Below, in pieces: positions 52,862 to 62,192 of a stretch of DNA of 64,000 bases. The stretch is from an uncultured Flavobacteriaceae bacterium (GTDB taxonomy: Bacteria > Bacteroidota > Bacteroidia > Flavobacteriales > Flavobacteriaceae). Every line of letters starts with the position of its first letter. Position 1 is the first letter of the stretch. The notes under the pieces are model-generated. The model did not search any database and was not told the DNA's origin. It worked only from the letters and a program-made list of their open reading frames with translations. Position numbers and translations under genes: made by a program. Location: assembly GCA_963712085.1 (NCBI GenBank), contig CAVQGP010000001.1:683121-747120 (forward strand), given 5' to 3'.

Positions 52862-52927
52862 TCATTCAGGATTTCTCTTTATTAAGAATTTAAGAAGTGA
52901 TAATAAACCTACCCAATTTTGTGTCAT
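52862..52927 (-). CDS. Candidate leaderless 21-aa peptide MTQNWVGLLSLLKFLIKRNPE
   Basis: Open frame from ATG 52927 to TGA 52862; consensus TATATTTG at 52933..52940 lies 5 nt upstream. Confidence 0.5.
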   Translation of the reverse strand: MTQNWVGLLSLLKFLIKRNPE

Positions 52928-52966
52928 AGTTACAAATATAGACTTTTTTTTGGAAGTTTAACTAAA

Positions 52967-52998
52967 TTAAAAAGAGCGACTTAAGTCGCTCTTTTTAA
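52967..52998. terminator. Perfect palindromic terminator after nfu
   Basis: TTAAAAAGAGCGAC-ttaa-GTCGCTCTTTTTAA with a T-tract on both strands. Confidence 0.9.
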
Positions 52999-53016
52999 AA
53001 AATATTTCAATAAAAA

Positions 53017-53265
53017 TTAGAATGAAATCCCGTTAACTTCAATAACACGTTTAATTTGTGGTGCGTGTCTTTTGATAGTTGCTTCAACGCCATTTTTTAA
53101 AGTCATTTGATTTACTGAGCATCCCAAGCAAGCACCCTCAAGTTGTACACTTACAGTATCATCAGTTATTTCAACCAATGAAATATTGCCTCCATCAGCT
53201 TCTAAAAAAGGTCTGATTTCTTGTAATGCAGTTTCAACACTAACTCTTAATTCTTGTTCGCTCAT
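53017..53265 (-). CDS. NifU/Nfu-family Fe-S carrier
   Basis: IRPFLEADGG, GACLGC, TLKNGVE. Confidence 0.93.
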   Translation of the reverse strand: MSEQELRVSVETALQEIRPFLEADGGNISLVEITDDTVSVQLEGACLGCSVNQMTLKNGVEATIKRHAPQIKRVIEVNGISF

Positions 53266-53272
53266 AACTTAA

Positions 53273-54397
53273 TTATTTTGTGCTACATCCACTCATTGTT
53301 GTAATTTTAACAATTTCAGTCGGAGGCAAGTCTGTGTTTCTTTTTACCAATTGTGATAGTGCATTTTTTGTAATTTCAGAAAAAGCAATTTCTAAAGGTG
53401 TGTTGTCTTGTAAAGCTACAGGATGCCCAACATCACCAGCTTCTCTAATACTTTGAACTAATGGAACTTCCCCTAAAAAAGCAGTATCAATATCTGCAGC
53501 TAAATTTTTCGCTCCATCTTTTCCAAAAATATAATACTTATTGTTAGGAAGTTCAGCAGGTGTAAAGTAGCTCATATTTTCAACAATACCTAAAACAGGT
53601 ACGTTAATGTTTTCTTGTTGAAACATAGCTACACCCTTTTTAGCATCAGCCAAAGCAATGTTTTGTGGAGTGCTTACAATTACAGCACCAGTTACCGGAA
53701 CAGCTTGTACAATTGATAAATGAATATCTCCTGTTCCTGGAGGTAAATCAATCAATAAAAAGTCTAATTCTCCCCAATGAGAATCGAAAATCATTTGGTT
53801 TAATGCTTTTGAAGCCATTGCGCCTCGCCATATTACAGCCTGATTTGCATCGGTAAAAAAGCCAAGCGATAATAGTTTAACGCCATAACTTTCAATAGGT
53901 TGCATTTTTGCATGTCCATCAATTTCAATTGATAAAGGCCTTGCATTGGCAACATCAAACATTAAATGTATAGAAGGTCCATAAATATCGGCATCTAAAA
54001 TACCAACTTTAAAGCCCATTTTTTGTAAGGAAACGGCCATGTTTGCAGTAATGGTAGATTTACCAACCCCACCTTTTCCAGAAGCAATTGCAATTATATT
54101 TTGAATTCCTGGAACTTTTGGTTTTTCTGGTTTAAATGGTTCGTTTTTAGTGTCGGAAGTTACATTCACTTTTACATCAGCTTTTTGGTCTACCAACTGA
54201 TGAATTATTTTCATAATTTCAACTTCAACTTTCTTTTTTGCCTGTAATGAAGGGTTTGCGATTGTTACATCAACTATTATTTCTTTGTCAAAAGTTACAA
54301 TATTTTTAATGGCTCCGCTTTCAACCAAATTTTTACCTTCTCCAGGAGCAGTAATATTTTCAAGGGCTTTTGTAATGTCTTTTTTGCTATATGTCAT
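53273..54397 (-). CDS. mrp: Mrp/ApbC Fe-S carrier ATPase
   Basis: SGKGGVGKST, DADIYGPS, DLPPGTGD, ENMS. Confidence 0.93.
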   Translation of the reverse strand: MTYSKKDITKALENITAPGEGKNLVESGAIKNIVTFDKEIIVDVTIANPSLQAKKKVEVEIMKIIHQLVDQKADVKVNVTSDTKNEPFKPEKPKVPGIQNIIAIASGKGGVGKSTITANMAVSLQKMGFKVGILDADIYGPSIHLMFDVANARPLSIEIDGHAKMQPIESYGVKLLSLGFFTDANQAVIWRGAMASKALNQMIFDSHWGELDFLLIDLPPGTGDIHLSIVQAVPVTGAVIVSTPQNIALADAKKGVAMFQQENINVPVLGIVENMSYFTPAELPNNKYYIFGKDGAKNLAADIDTAFLGEVPLVQSIREAGDVGHPVALQDNTPLEIAFSEITKNALSQLVKRNTDLPPTEIVKITTMSGCSTK

Positions 54398-54499
54398 GTT
54401 GTTTATATAAAATCATTCTAAACAACAAATATACAGACTTAGTATGAATATTAAAACATTAGTAATAAAAAGAAATGTTTGACTTGTTACATCAGAAAA

Positions 54500-54838
54500 T
54501 CACAAAAGTTCTAATTCTTTAAAAGGATCCCAAAAAATAGTTTCAAAATTTTGAATTTGATTGTCTTTTACAATAATTCCTTCATTTTCCAACAGTTGCT
54601 GCATTAAGTTGCTACCATCAAAATGAAACTTTCCAGTTAATAAACCTTTTCTATTAACCACTCTATGTGCTGGAATTTCTTCCATATTATGTGAGGCATT
54701 CATAGCCCAGCCTACCATACGAGCAGAGCGAGCCGCTCCTAAATATTTTGCGATTGCTCCATAACTTGTAACCCTTCCGTAAGGAATAAGTTTTGCGACT
54801 TCATAAACTTTTTCGAAAAAATTATCTGATTTTGGCAT
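54500..54838 (-). CDS. Alkyltransferase-like (ATL, MGMT family) protein
   Basis: IPYGRVTSYG, ARMVG; PAHRVV has Ala in place of the active Cys. Confidence 0.88.
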   Translation of the reverse strand: MPKSDNFFEKVYEVAKLIPYGRVTSYGAIAKYLGAARSARMVGWAMNASHNMEEIPAHRVVNRKGLLTGKFHFDGSNLMQQLLENEGIIVKDNQIQNFETIFWDPFKELELL

Positions 54839-54924
54839 TGTTTAAAAATAGGATAAAAGGAGGCAATAGTAATTTGCAAATAAGAAGTAGGGAAAATAGA
54901 GTAGTTATTTGTTTTAATCAATAA

Positions 54925-55596
54925 TTAATATTTAATTCTAAATTTAATATAAGTAATAGGTTTTCCCTGTTCTAGATACTGACTTTCGTAAAAAGTTTGG
55001 GTTGAAGTTACCTCTTTAGGTGCTTCAAAATTTTTATATACATTGTGATGTGCATAAATTACTTCATGGCCTTCTCCGTGCAACAAGCCTAGGGTGTAAC
55101 CATGCATAAACTCACTGTCGGTTTTTAAATTCACTACGCCATCAGGTTTTAAAACAGTATGGTATTTTTTTAAAAATTCAGCATTTGTTAATCTGTGTTT
55201 TGTGCGTGTATATTTAATTTGAGGATCTGGGAAAGTAATCCAAATTTCATCAACCTCATTTGCTGCAAATAATAAATCAATCAATTCAATTTGAGTTCTT
55301 AAAAAAGCAACATTTTTTAAATTTTCTTCAAGTGCAGTTTTAGCACCACGCCAAAAACGAGCACCTTTTAAATCAACACCTATATAATTTATGTTTGGAT
55401 TTTTTCGGGCTAATGCAATAGTGTATTCTCCTTTTCCACAACCTAATTCTAAAACTACGGGATTGTTATTATTAAAATGATTGTTCCAATTTCCCTTTAA
55501 TGAAAAGCCATTTAACACTTCTTCTCGTGTAGGCTGAATGACATTAGAAAATGTTTCGTTTTCACGAAATCTTTTGAGTTTGTTTTTACTTCCCAC
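54925..55596 (-). CDS. trmB: tRNA m7G46 methyltransferase
   Basis: LELGCGKG, FPDP, KTD, TFYE. Confidence 0.95.
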   Translation of the reverse strand: MGSKNKLKRFRENETFSNVIQPTREEVLNGFSLKGNWNNHFNNNNPVVLELGCGKGEYTIALARKNPNINYIGVDLKGARFWRGAKTALEENLKNVAFLRTQIELIDLLFAANEVDEIWITFPDPQIKYTRTKHRLTNAEFLKKYHTVLKPDGVVNLKTDSEFMHGYTLGLLHGEGHEVIYAHHNVYKNFEAPKEVTSTQTFYESQYLEQGKPITYIKFRIKY

Positions 55597-55648
55597 AGTT
55601 GGTAGTGTATTTTAAAAAGGAAAATTATGGATAATTAAGAAAAGGAAT

Positions 55649-55846
55649 CTATTCGTTTCCTGACTTTTTGTATTTTTTTAATTCACCTAACCAGTAAAAA
55701 AAAGCAATAAAAGTAATTACAATAAATATCCAGCTTGCTGTGTTTTGTAACCACCAATTATCCATAGATCTAATTTCATGGTAAGGGGCAAATAAAACAT
55801 TTGTAAAAAAATCACCTATAGTCTTAAAAATATTGTTTGCAATCAT
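55649..55846 (-). CDS. Small membrane protein (DUF6341-like)
   Basis: LFAPY..NWWLQN..WIF..FYW with one TM helix; context between trmB and upp. Confidence 0.7.
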   Translation of the reverse strand: MIANNIFKTIGDFFTNVLFAPYHEIRSMDNWWLQNTASWIFIVITFIAFFYWLGELKKYKKSGNE

Positions 55847-55886
55847 ATCTTAATTATATTTACAGGCAAAAGTATAAAATATAGTA

Positions 55887-56810
55887 ATGATAGCCAATTT
55901 TTTTAATAAAACTAAACCCATAGTTCATTTCATTATTACTTTAGGCTTATTTATATACTTTATTTCGGCAAATTTTTTGTTTAATTTAAAAGCGATTTCT
56001 GCTTTAATTTTAGCGGAGAGATTTGGGATATTTTTAGGTTTGGTTTTGTTGATGTTAATTTTGAATTTTATTATTCAAAAAAACAATTTAACACAAAACA
56101 ATTCCTATGCTTTGTTGATTGTGGCTTTATTATTTGGTACTTTTTACGAAACAATGTTTAGTAACCAATTGCTATTTACAAACATTGCCTTGTATTTAAG
56201 TTTTAGAAAAATATATAGTCTAAGGTCCGGAAAAAGTACAAAACAAAAACTTTTTGATGCTGGTTTTTGGGTAGGAATATCAGCGTTAATTTACCCTTGG
56301 AGTATTTTTTATATTGCACTAATTTATTTGGCAATTGTAATTTATCAGAGATTGGATTTTAGAAATATGTTCATCCCGTTTATTGGGGTTGCTGCGCCAA
56401 TATTTATTTATTTTACTTACTGTTTTTACTTTGACAGCGTGGAATTGTTTAATGCTAGATGGATCTTTAACCCAAATTTGAATTTTGAAAATTACAATCA
56501 GTTTAAATTTTTAATACCAATTGCTTTTTTATTAACACTTGTAATTTGGTCTATTGCAGTTTTAACACCAAAAATAGGATCAGAGGGTATAAATGTAAAA
56601 CGCACCTGGAGATTGGTTATAAATCACCTTTTAATTTCGGCATTGATTATTTTTTTATCACCAGTAAAAAATGGGTCTGAAATGTTTTTTATTGTATTTC
56701 CTTTAAGTGTAATAGTAGCTAATTTTTTAAAAAAGAGTAACTCTAAAAATTTTAAAAATTTAATATTATATTTAATATTAATAATTTCAATAGTTGTTTA
56801 TTTTTTATAA
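55887..56810 (+). CDS. Polytopic membrane protein (DUF6427-like)
   Basis: Many TM segments; KNNLT.NNSY and KLFDAGFW. Confidence 0.75.
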   Translation: MIANFFNKTKPIVHFIITLGLFIYFISANFLFNLKAISALILAERFGIFLGLVLLMLILNFIIQKNNLTQNNSYALLIVALLFGTFYETMFSNQLLFTNIALYLSFRKIYSLRSGKSTKQKLFDAGFWVGISALIYPWSIFYIALIYLAIVIYQRLDFRNMFIPFIGVAAPIFIYFTYCFYFDSVELFNARWIFNPNLNFENYNQFKFLIPIAFLLTLVIWSIAVLTPKIGSEGINVKRTWRLVINHLLISALIIFLSPVKNGSEMFFIVFPLSVIVANFLKKSNSKNFKNLILYLILIISIVVYFL

Positions 56811-57455
56811 TTTTTCACCAAAACATAAGTCACCGGCATCACCTAAACCAGGAACAATATAGCCTTTATTGTTTAGTTTTTCATCAACAGTAGCAATCCA
56901 CAATGTGGTGTTTTCAGGAAAATGTTTTTTAACATATTCAATACCTTCTTGCGCACCTATTACACAGGCTAAATGAATTTCTTTTGGTGTTCCGTGTTTT
57001 TTCAGGCCTTCATAAACGCTCACCAAACTTTGGCCGGTTGCCAACATAGGATCAGCTAAAATCATAGTTTTACCATCTAAATTTGGTGATGCAAAATACT
57101 CAACAATTATTTCAAATTCAGTTTCTGTGATGTGTTTTCTATAAGCTGAAATAAATGCATTTTCAGCATCATCAAAATAATTTAACAATCCGTTATGCAA
57201 TGGCAAGCCAGCTCTTAAAATAGAACATAAAACAACATCTTTTTTAGGTAATTGAATAATTTTGCTACCTAAAGGAGTGCTTACTAATTCGCTTTTATAT
57301 GTTAAAGATTGACTTAATTCGTAGGCAATTATTTCACCAATACGTTCAATGTTTCTTCTAAAACGCATCGCATCTTTTTGAATTTCCTTATTTCTTATTT
57401 CTGAAATAAATTTATTTAAAATTGAATTTTTATTATCTAAAATCTGAATGTTCAT
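56805..57455 (-). CDS. upp: Uracil phosphoribosyltransferase
   Basis: ILRAG, DPMLATG, YIVPGLGDAGD. Start set at ATG 57455. Confidence 0.95.
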   Translation of the reverse strand: MNIQILDNKNSILNKFISEIRNKEIQKDAMRFRRNIERIGEIIAYELSQSLTYKSELVSTPLGSKIIQLPKKDVVLCSILRAGLPLHNGLLNYFDDAENAFISAYRKHITETEFEIIVEYFASPNLDGKTMILADPMLATGQSLVSVYEGLKKHGTPKEIHLACVIGAQEGIEYVKKHFPENTTLWIATVDEKLNNKGYIVPGLGDAGDLCFGEKL

Positions 57456-57624
57456 TATGAAGTTATTTTGCACAAAAATAAGACAATAATATTACATATT
57501 TTAGTTGAATACAGATATAATACTTTTGATTTTGAAAAAGGATTTAAACATATAAATCAAAAAAATAAGCGAAAGGGGTTACTTAATTTAAAATGCATTA
57601 AATTTGCTTAAATTTCAAAAATAG

Positions 57625-58488
57625 ATGATACAATCCATGACAGGATACGGAAAAACCGTATTGCAACTTTCAACAAAAAAAATTACGATTGAGTTAAAAT
57701 CGTTAAACAGCAAAAATTTAGATTTAAATGTTAGAATTCCTTCTTATTACAGAGAAAAGGAATTGGATATTCGTAAAATGCTGGCTTCGGATTTAGAAAG
57801 AGGAAAAATTGATTTTTCAATTTATATTGAAAATAACGGAGGAGAAGTTTCATCAAAAGTGAATGAAAACACGGTAAAAGAATATATGAGACAATTGCGA
57901 AGTATTGTTGATGCAAATGAAAATGATATTGAGTTGTTGAAAATGGCTGTTCGCTTACCGGATGCCCTAAAAACGGAGCGTGAAGAGTTGGATGAGACAG
58001 AATGGGAGCAAATCGAAATGGGTATAAAGGAGGCTGTTGTGGAAATTAATAAGTATAGATCAGACGAAGGACTTGTGCTTTTAAACGATTTTATGTTCAG
58101 AATTACAAATATTGAAGATTTATTAACGCAAGTTATCGAATTAGATCCACAGAGAATAGCACTGGTTAAGGAAAAACTAAAAAAGGGAATCGACGAACTT
58201 GAGGTGAAAGTTGACCAAAATCGTTTTGAACAAGAGCTAATTTATTATATAGAAAAACTTGATATTACAGAAGAAAAAGTTCGTTTAAAAAACCATCTAG
58301 ATTATTTTAAATCGGCTTTAAAATCTGAAGATTCAAACGGAAAAAAACTAGGCTTTATTACACAAGAAATTGGTCGAGAAATTAATACCATTGGGTCAAA
58401 GGCCAATTTTGCCAATATGCAAAAATTAGTAGTTCAAATGAAAGATGAATTGGAGAAAATTAAAGAGCAAGGATTAAACGTTTTATAA
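57625..58488 (+). CDS. yicC: YicC/YloC endoribonuclease
   Basis: SMTGYG, DITEEKVRL, GKKLGF..QE..REINTIGSK. Confidence 0.93.
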   Translation: MIQSMTGYGKTVLQLSTKKITIELKSLNSKNLDLNVRIPSYYREKELDIRKMLASDLERGKIDFSIYIENNGGEVSSKVNENTVKEYMRQLRSIVDANENDIELLKMAVRLPDALKTEREELDETEWEQIEMGIKEAVVEINKYRSDEGLVLLNDFMFRITNIEDLLTQVIELDPQRIALVKEKLKKGIDELEVKVDQNRFEQELIYYIEKLDITEEKVRLKNHLDYFKSALKSEDSNGKKLGFITQEIGREINTIGSKANFANMQKLVVQMKDELEKIKEQGLNVL

Positions 58489-58499
58489 AATCAGCAATT

Positions 58500-59072
58500 T
58501 TGAAAAAAGAAGGAAAACTTATTGTTTTTTCAGCACCTTCAGGATCTGGTAAAACAACTATTGTGCATCATTTATTAAAACAGCCTGCTTTAAATTTAGA
58601 TTTTTCTATTTCAGCAACTTCTCGCCACAAACGTGGAACAGAAATTAATGGGAAGGACTATTATTTTATTTCTTCAACTGATTTTCAAAAACATATTGAG
58701 AACAATGATTTTATTGAATGGGAAGAAGTTTATACCAATAATTTTTATGGAACTTTTAAAAAGGAAGTTGAGCGTATTTGGAGCTTAGGCAAACATGTGA
58801 TTTTTGATATTGATGTTATTGGAGGTTTGAATATTAAAAATAAATTTCCTGACCAAACCTTGGCAATTTTTGTAAAACCGCCATCAATTGATGAAATGGA
58901 ACGTCGCCTTAGAAACAGAAAAACCGACAGTGAAGAAAAAATTATGGAACGTGTATCAAAAGCTGAAAAGGAATTGAAATATGCAAAAGATTTTGATGTT
59001 ATTTTGGTAAATGATAATTTAGAAACAGCTAAAAATGAAGCCTATAAATTGGTTGAAAATTTTATAAAATAA
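58500..59072 (+). CDS. gmk: Guanylate kinase
   Basis: APSGSGKTT, SATSR, GKDYYF, YGT. Confidence 0.96.
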   Translation: MKKEGKLIVFSAPSGSGKTTIVHHLLKQPALNLDFSISATSRHKRGTEINGKDYYFISSTDFQKHIENNDFIEWEEVYTNNFYGTFKKEVERIWSLGKHVIFDIDVIGGLNIKNKFPDQTLAIFVKPPSIDEMERRLRNRKTDSEEKIMERVSKAEKELKYAKDFDVILVNDNLETAKNEAYKLVENFIK

Positions 59073-59160
59073 ATGAACCGAGCATGTTAAAAATAGTATC
59101 GTTTAAAGATATGATTATTAGCGAACGGCATGTGACAATTAAAAAAAATAAAAAAGACAC

Positions 59161-59742
59161 ATGAAAATTGGACTTTATTTTGGAACCTTTAACCCAATCC
59201 ACATTGGGCATTTGATTATAGCCAATTATTTGGCTGAATTTTCAGATTTAGATGAAGTTTGGTTTGTAATAACCCCCAGAAGTCCATTTAAGAAAAAAAA
59301 TTCACTGTTAGATAACCATCATAGGTTGGCCATTGCAAATATTGCTGTTGAAAATTACCCGAAATTAAAAACTTCAGACATAGAATTTAAACTCTCTGAA
59401 CCAAATTACACCATAAATACCCTTACTCATTTAGAAGAAAAATTTCCAAATCATCAGTTTTGCCTTATTATGGGTGAAGATAATTTGAAAGAATTTCATA
59501 AATGGAAAAATTACGAAAACATTCTTCAAAATTATGATTTGTATGTGTATCCGAGAATTTCTGAAGGAAAAACGGAAAGTAAATTTATAAATCACCCTAA
59601 AATTCACTCAGTGCAAGCACCAATAGTCCAAATTTCTTCAACATTTATAAGAAAGGCAATTCGTAATAAAAAGGATATTAGTTCAATGTTACCGCCAAAT
59701 GTGTGGAAGTATATTGATGAAATGAATTTTTACAAATCGTAA
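59161..59742 (+). CDS. nadD: Nicotinate-nucleotide adenylyltransferase
   Basis: GTFNPIHIGH, MGEDN, ISSTFIR. Confidence 0.96.
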   Translation: MKIGLYFGTFNPIHIGHLIIANYLAEFSDLDEVWFVITPRSPFKKKNSLLDNHHRLAIANIAVENYPKLKTSDIEFKLSEPNYTINTLTHLEEKFPNHQFCLIMGEDNLKEFHKWKNYENILQNYDLYVYPRISEGKTESKFINHPKIHSVQAPIVQISSTFIRKAIRNKKDISSMLPPNVWKYIDEMNFYKS

Positions 59743-59826
59743 ATTTAGCTTAGTTTTAACATAGGTAAATCCATTTAATGAAATTAACTAAACTAAATTT
59801 CGTTGTATATTTGTGGCCTACTATAT

Positions 59827-60696
59827 ATGAAGAAAAAAATAAATACAAAAAAAACATTTAAAAGAAAGTTGTTCAATAAATACCGATTGGTAGTTATTAA
59901 TGAAGATACTTTTGAAGAAAAGTTAACATTTAAATTAACCAGATTGAATGTGTTTATTTATGGAGGTCTTTTTTCTATTCTGTTAATTATTGGCACCAGT
60001 TATTTAATTGCATTTACCAATTTAAGAGAATACATTCCTGGATATTCTTCAACCAAATTAAAAAAAGAGGCCACCCAATTGGTTTACAAAACCGACTCGT
60101 TAGTTGAAGTTTTAAAACTTAACAATTTATATATTGAAAAAGTTAAAGAGGTGCTAACAGGTAAAGTTACGGGTGTTCTTTTTGATAGAGACTCAGTATT
60201 AAAATCAATTCAGTACAATAAAGACACCATGAATTTAACTCCTTCTGCTGCCGATTTAGAATTTAGGCAAAGTATTGAGCGTGAGGATAGATATAGTATT
60301 TTTAATGAAGCTACTAAAAATACTGATATTGTATTTTTCTCTCCAGTTTCAGGAATTTTAACGGATGGGTATAATCCAAAAACAAAACATTTTGCAGTTG
60401 ATATTGCAGTTGAAATGGGAACTCCTGTAAAAGCAGTTGCCGATGGAACTGTTATTTTTGCAGAATGGACTGCCCAAACAGGTCATGTAATAATTATTGA
60501 ACATTCTGGTAGATTTATATCTGTTTATAAACACAACACAGCTTTGCATAAATCGCAAGGAGAGTTGGTAAAATCTGGTGAAGCTATTGCCTCAGCTGGT
60601 GATACAGGAGAATTAAGTACTGGACCACACTTGCATTTTGAATTATGGAATGAAGGCTATCCAGTAAATCCAATAAACTATATAGATTTTGACTAA
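59827..60696 (+). CDS. Membrane-anchored M23 metallopeptidase
   Basis: TM helix, HFAVD, YKH, STGPHLHFE. Start set at ATG 59827, downstream of TATATTTG at 59806. Confidence 0.9.
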   Translation: MKKKINTKKTFKRKLFNKYRLVVINEDTFEEKLTFKLTRLNVFIYGGLFSILLIIGTSYLIAFTNLREYIPGYSSTKLKKEATQLVYKTDSLVEVLKLNNLYIEKVKEVLTGKVTGVLFDRDSVLKSIQYNKDTMNLTPSAADLEFRQSIEREDRYSIFNEATKNTDIVFFSPVSGILTDGYNPKTKHFAVDIAVEMGTPVKAVADGTVIFAEWTAQTGHVIIIEHSGRFISVYKHNTALHKSQGELVKSGEAIASAGDTGELSTGPHLHFELWNEGYPVNPINYIDFD

Positions 60697-62192
60697 TGAA
60701 TATTAAATCAATTTTAGCGAAACCTTTTGCAAAAAAAATAGTTTCACGAATTTATAGGCAAAGCAACAATGCCGTAAAAGTTCAAAATAATTTATTGAAA
60801 AAATTAATTAAGGAAGCTAAAAATACATCTTTTGGAAAAGATCATAATTTTAGTAAAATAAAATCATATTCCGAATTTAAAAGTCAAGTTCCAGTGCAAG
60901 ATTATGAAGGGTTAAAGCCTTATGTTGAAAAAGTTGTTGCTGGCGAAAAAAATATATTATGGAAAGGTAAACCATTGTATTTTGCAAAAACCTCAGGTAC
61001 AACTTCTGGTACAAAATACATTCCGTTAACAAAAGATTCAATGCCCACTCATATTGTATCTGCCAGAAATGCGCTGTTACATTATATAAACGAAACCAAA
61101 AAAAGTGATTTTTTAAATGGTAAAATGATTTTTTTACAAGGAAGTCCTGAATTGGGTGAAAAAAACGGAATTAAAACAGGAAGACTTTCAGGTATTTCAG
61201 CTCATTTTGTACCTAAATATCTTCAAAAAAACAGATTACCAAGTTGGGGAACAAACTGTATTGAAGATTGGGAAACAAAAGTTGAAGCAATTATTGACGA
61301 AACCATCAATGAAAACATGACCTTAATTGGAGGTATTCCATCATGGGTACAAATGTATTTCGAAAGAATTGTTGAACGCACCGGTAAAAAAGTTGGTGAG
61401 GTATTTCCAAATTTTAACCTTTTTGTTTATGGTGGTGTAAATTATGAACCATATAGAAATAAATTTGAAAATTTAATAGGCAGAAAAGTTGATGCTATTG
61501 AACTTTACCCAGCTTCTGAAGGGTTTATTTCATATCAAGATTCGCAAGATGAAAAAGGAATGCTGTTATTAACCAATAATGGTATTTTTTATGAGTTTAT
61601 TCCTGCAGAAGAATTTTACAATGAAAATCCAACACGAATTTCATTGGGTGATGTAAAATTAGGCATCAACTATGTATTAATATTAAATACAAATGCAGGT
61701 TTGTGGGGTTACAATATTGGCGATACAGTAGAATTTGTTTCATTAAATCCTTATAGAATTATAGTAACCGGCAGAATTAAACATTTTATTTCAGCTTTTG
61801 GAGAACATGTAATTGGTAAGGAAGTTGAAAGCGCCCTGAATTCCCAAACTGAAAATACCAACGTTCGTATTAATGAGTTTACTGTTGCACCTCAAATTAC
61901 TCCAGAGGTAGGATTGCCTTACCATGAATGGTTTATAGAATTTGAAAACAAACCAACCGATTTGGCATTGTTTGCAAAAAATATAGACAAATCTTTACAA
62001 GAACAAAATAGTTATTATTATGATTTGATTGTTGGTAAAGTTTTGCAGCCATTAAAAATAACAACTATTGAAAAAGGCGGATTTAATAATTATATGAAAT
62101 CTGTTGGAAAATTAGGTGGACAAAATAAGGTGCCTCGATTGGCTAATGATAGAAAAATAGCAAATGAACTTTCTAAATTTCAAGAAAAATGA
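60696..62192 (+). CDS. GH3-family acyl-acid amido synthetase-like protein
   Basis: KTSGTTSGTKYIP, YPASEG, YNIGD, GQNKVPRL. Confidence 0.9.
   Translation: MNIKSILAKPFAKKIVSRIYRQSNNAVKVQNNLLKKLIKEAKNTSFGKDHNFSKIKSYSEFKSQVPVQDYEGLKPYVEKVVAGEKNILWKGKPLYFAKTSGTTSGTKYIPLTKDSMPTHIVSARNALLHYINETKKSDFLNGKMIFLQGSPELGEKNGIKTGRLSGISAHFVPKYLQKNRLPSWGTNCIEDWETKVEAIIDETINENMTLIGGIPSWVQMYFERIVERTGKKVGEVFPNFNLFVYGGVNYEPYRNKFENLIGRKVDAIELYPASEGFISYQDSQDEKGMLLLTNNGIFYEFIPAEEFYNENPTRISLGDVKLGINYVLILNTNAGLWGYNIGDTVEFVSLNPYRIIVTGRIKHFISAFGEHVIGKEVESALNSQTENTNVRINEFTVAPQITPEVGLPYHEWFIEFENKPTDLALFAKNIDKSLQEQNSYYYDLIVGKVLQPLKITTIEKGGFNNYMKSVGKLGGQNKVPRLANDRKIANELSKFQEK

Noticed and set aside
54500-54838. MGMT homologue lacking the active Cys
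   Set aside because: Matches the known alkyltransferase-like (ATL) family.
19295-58502. Many TTG/GTG starts and no Shine-Dalgarno sequences
   Set aside because: Lack of SD use is established for Bacteroidetes, and alternative start codons are common.
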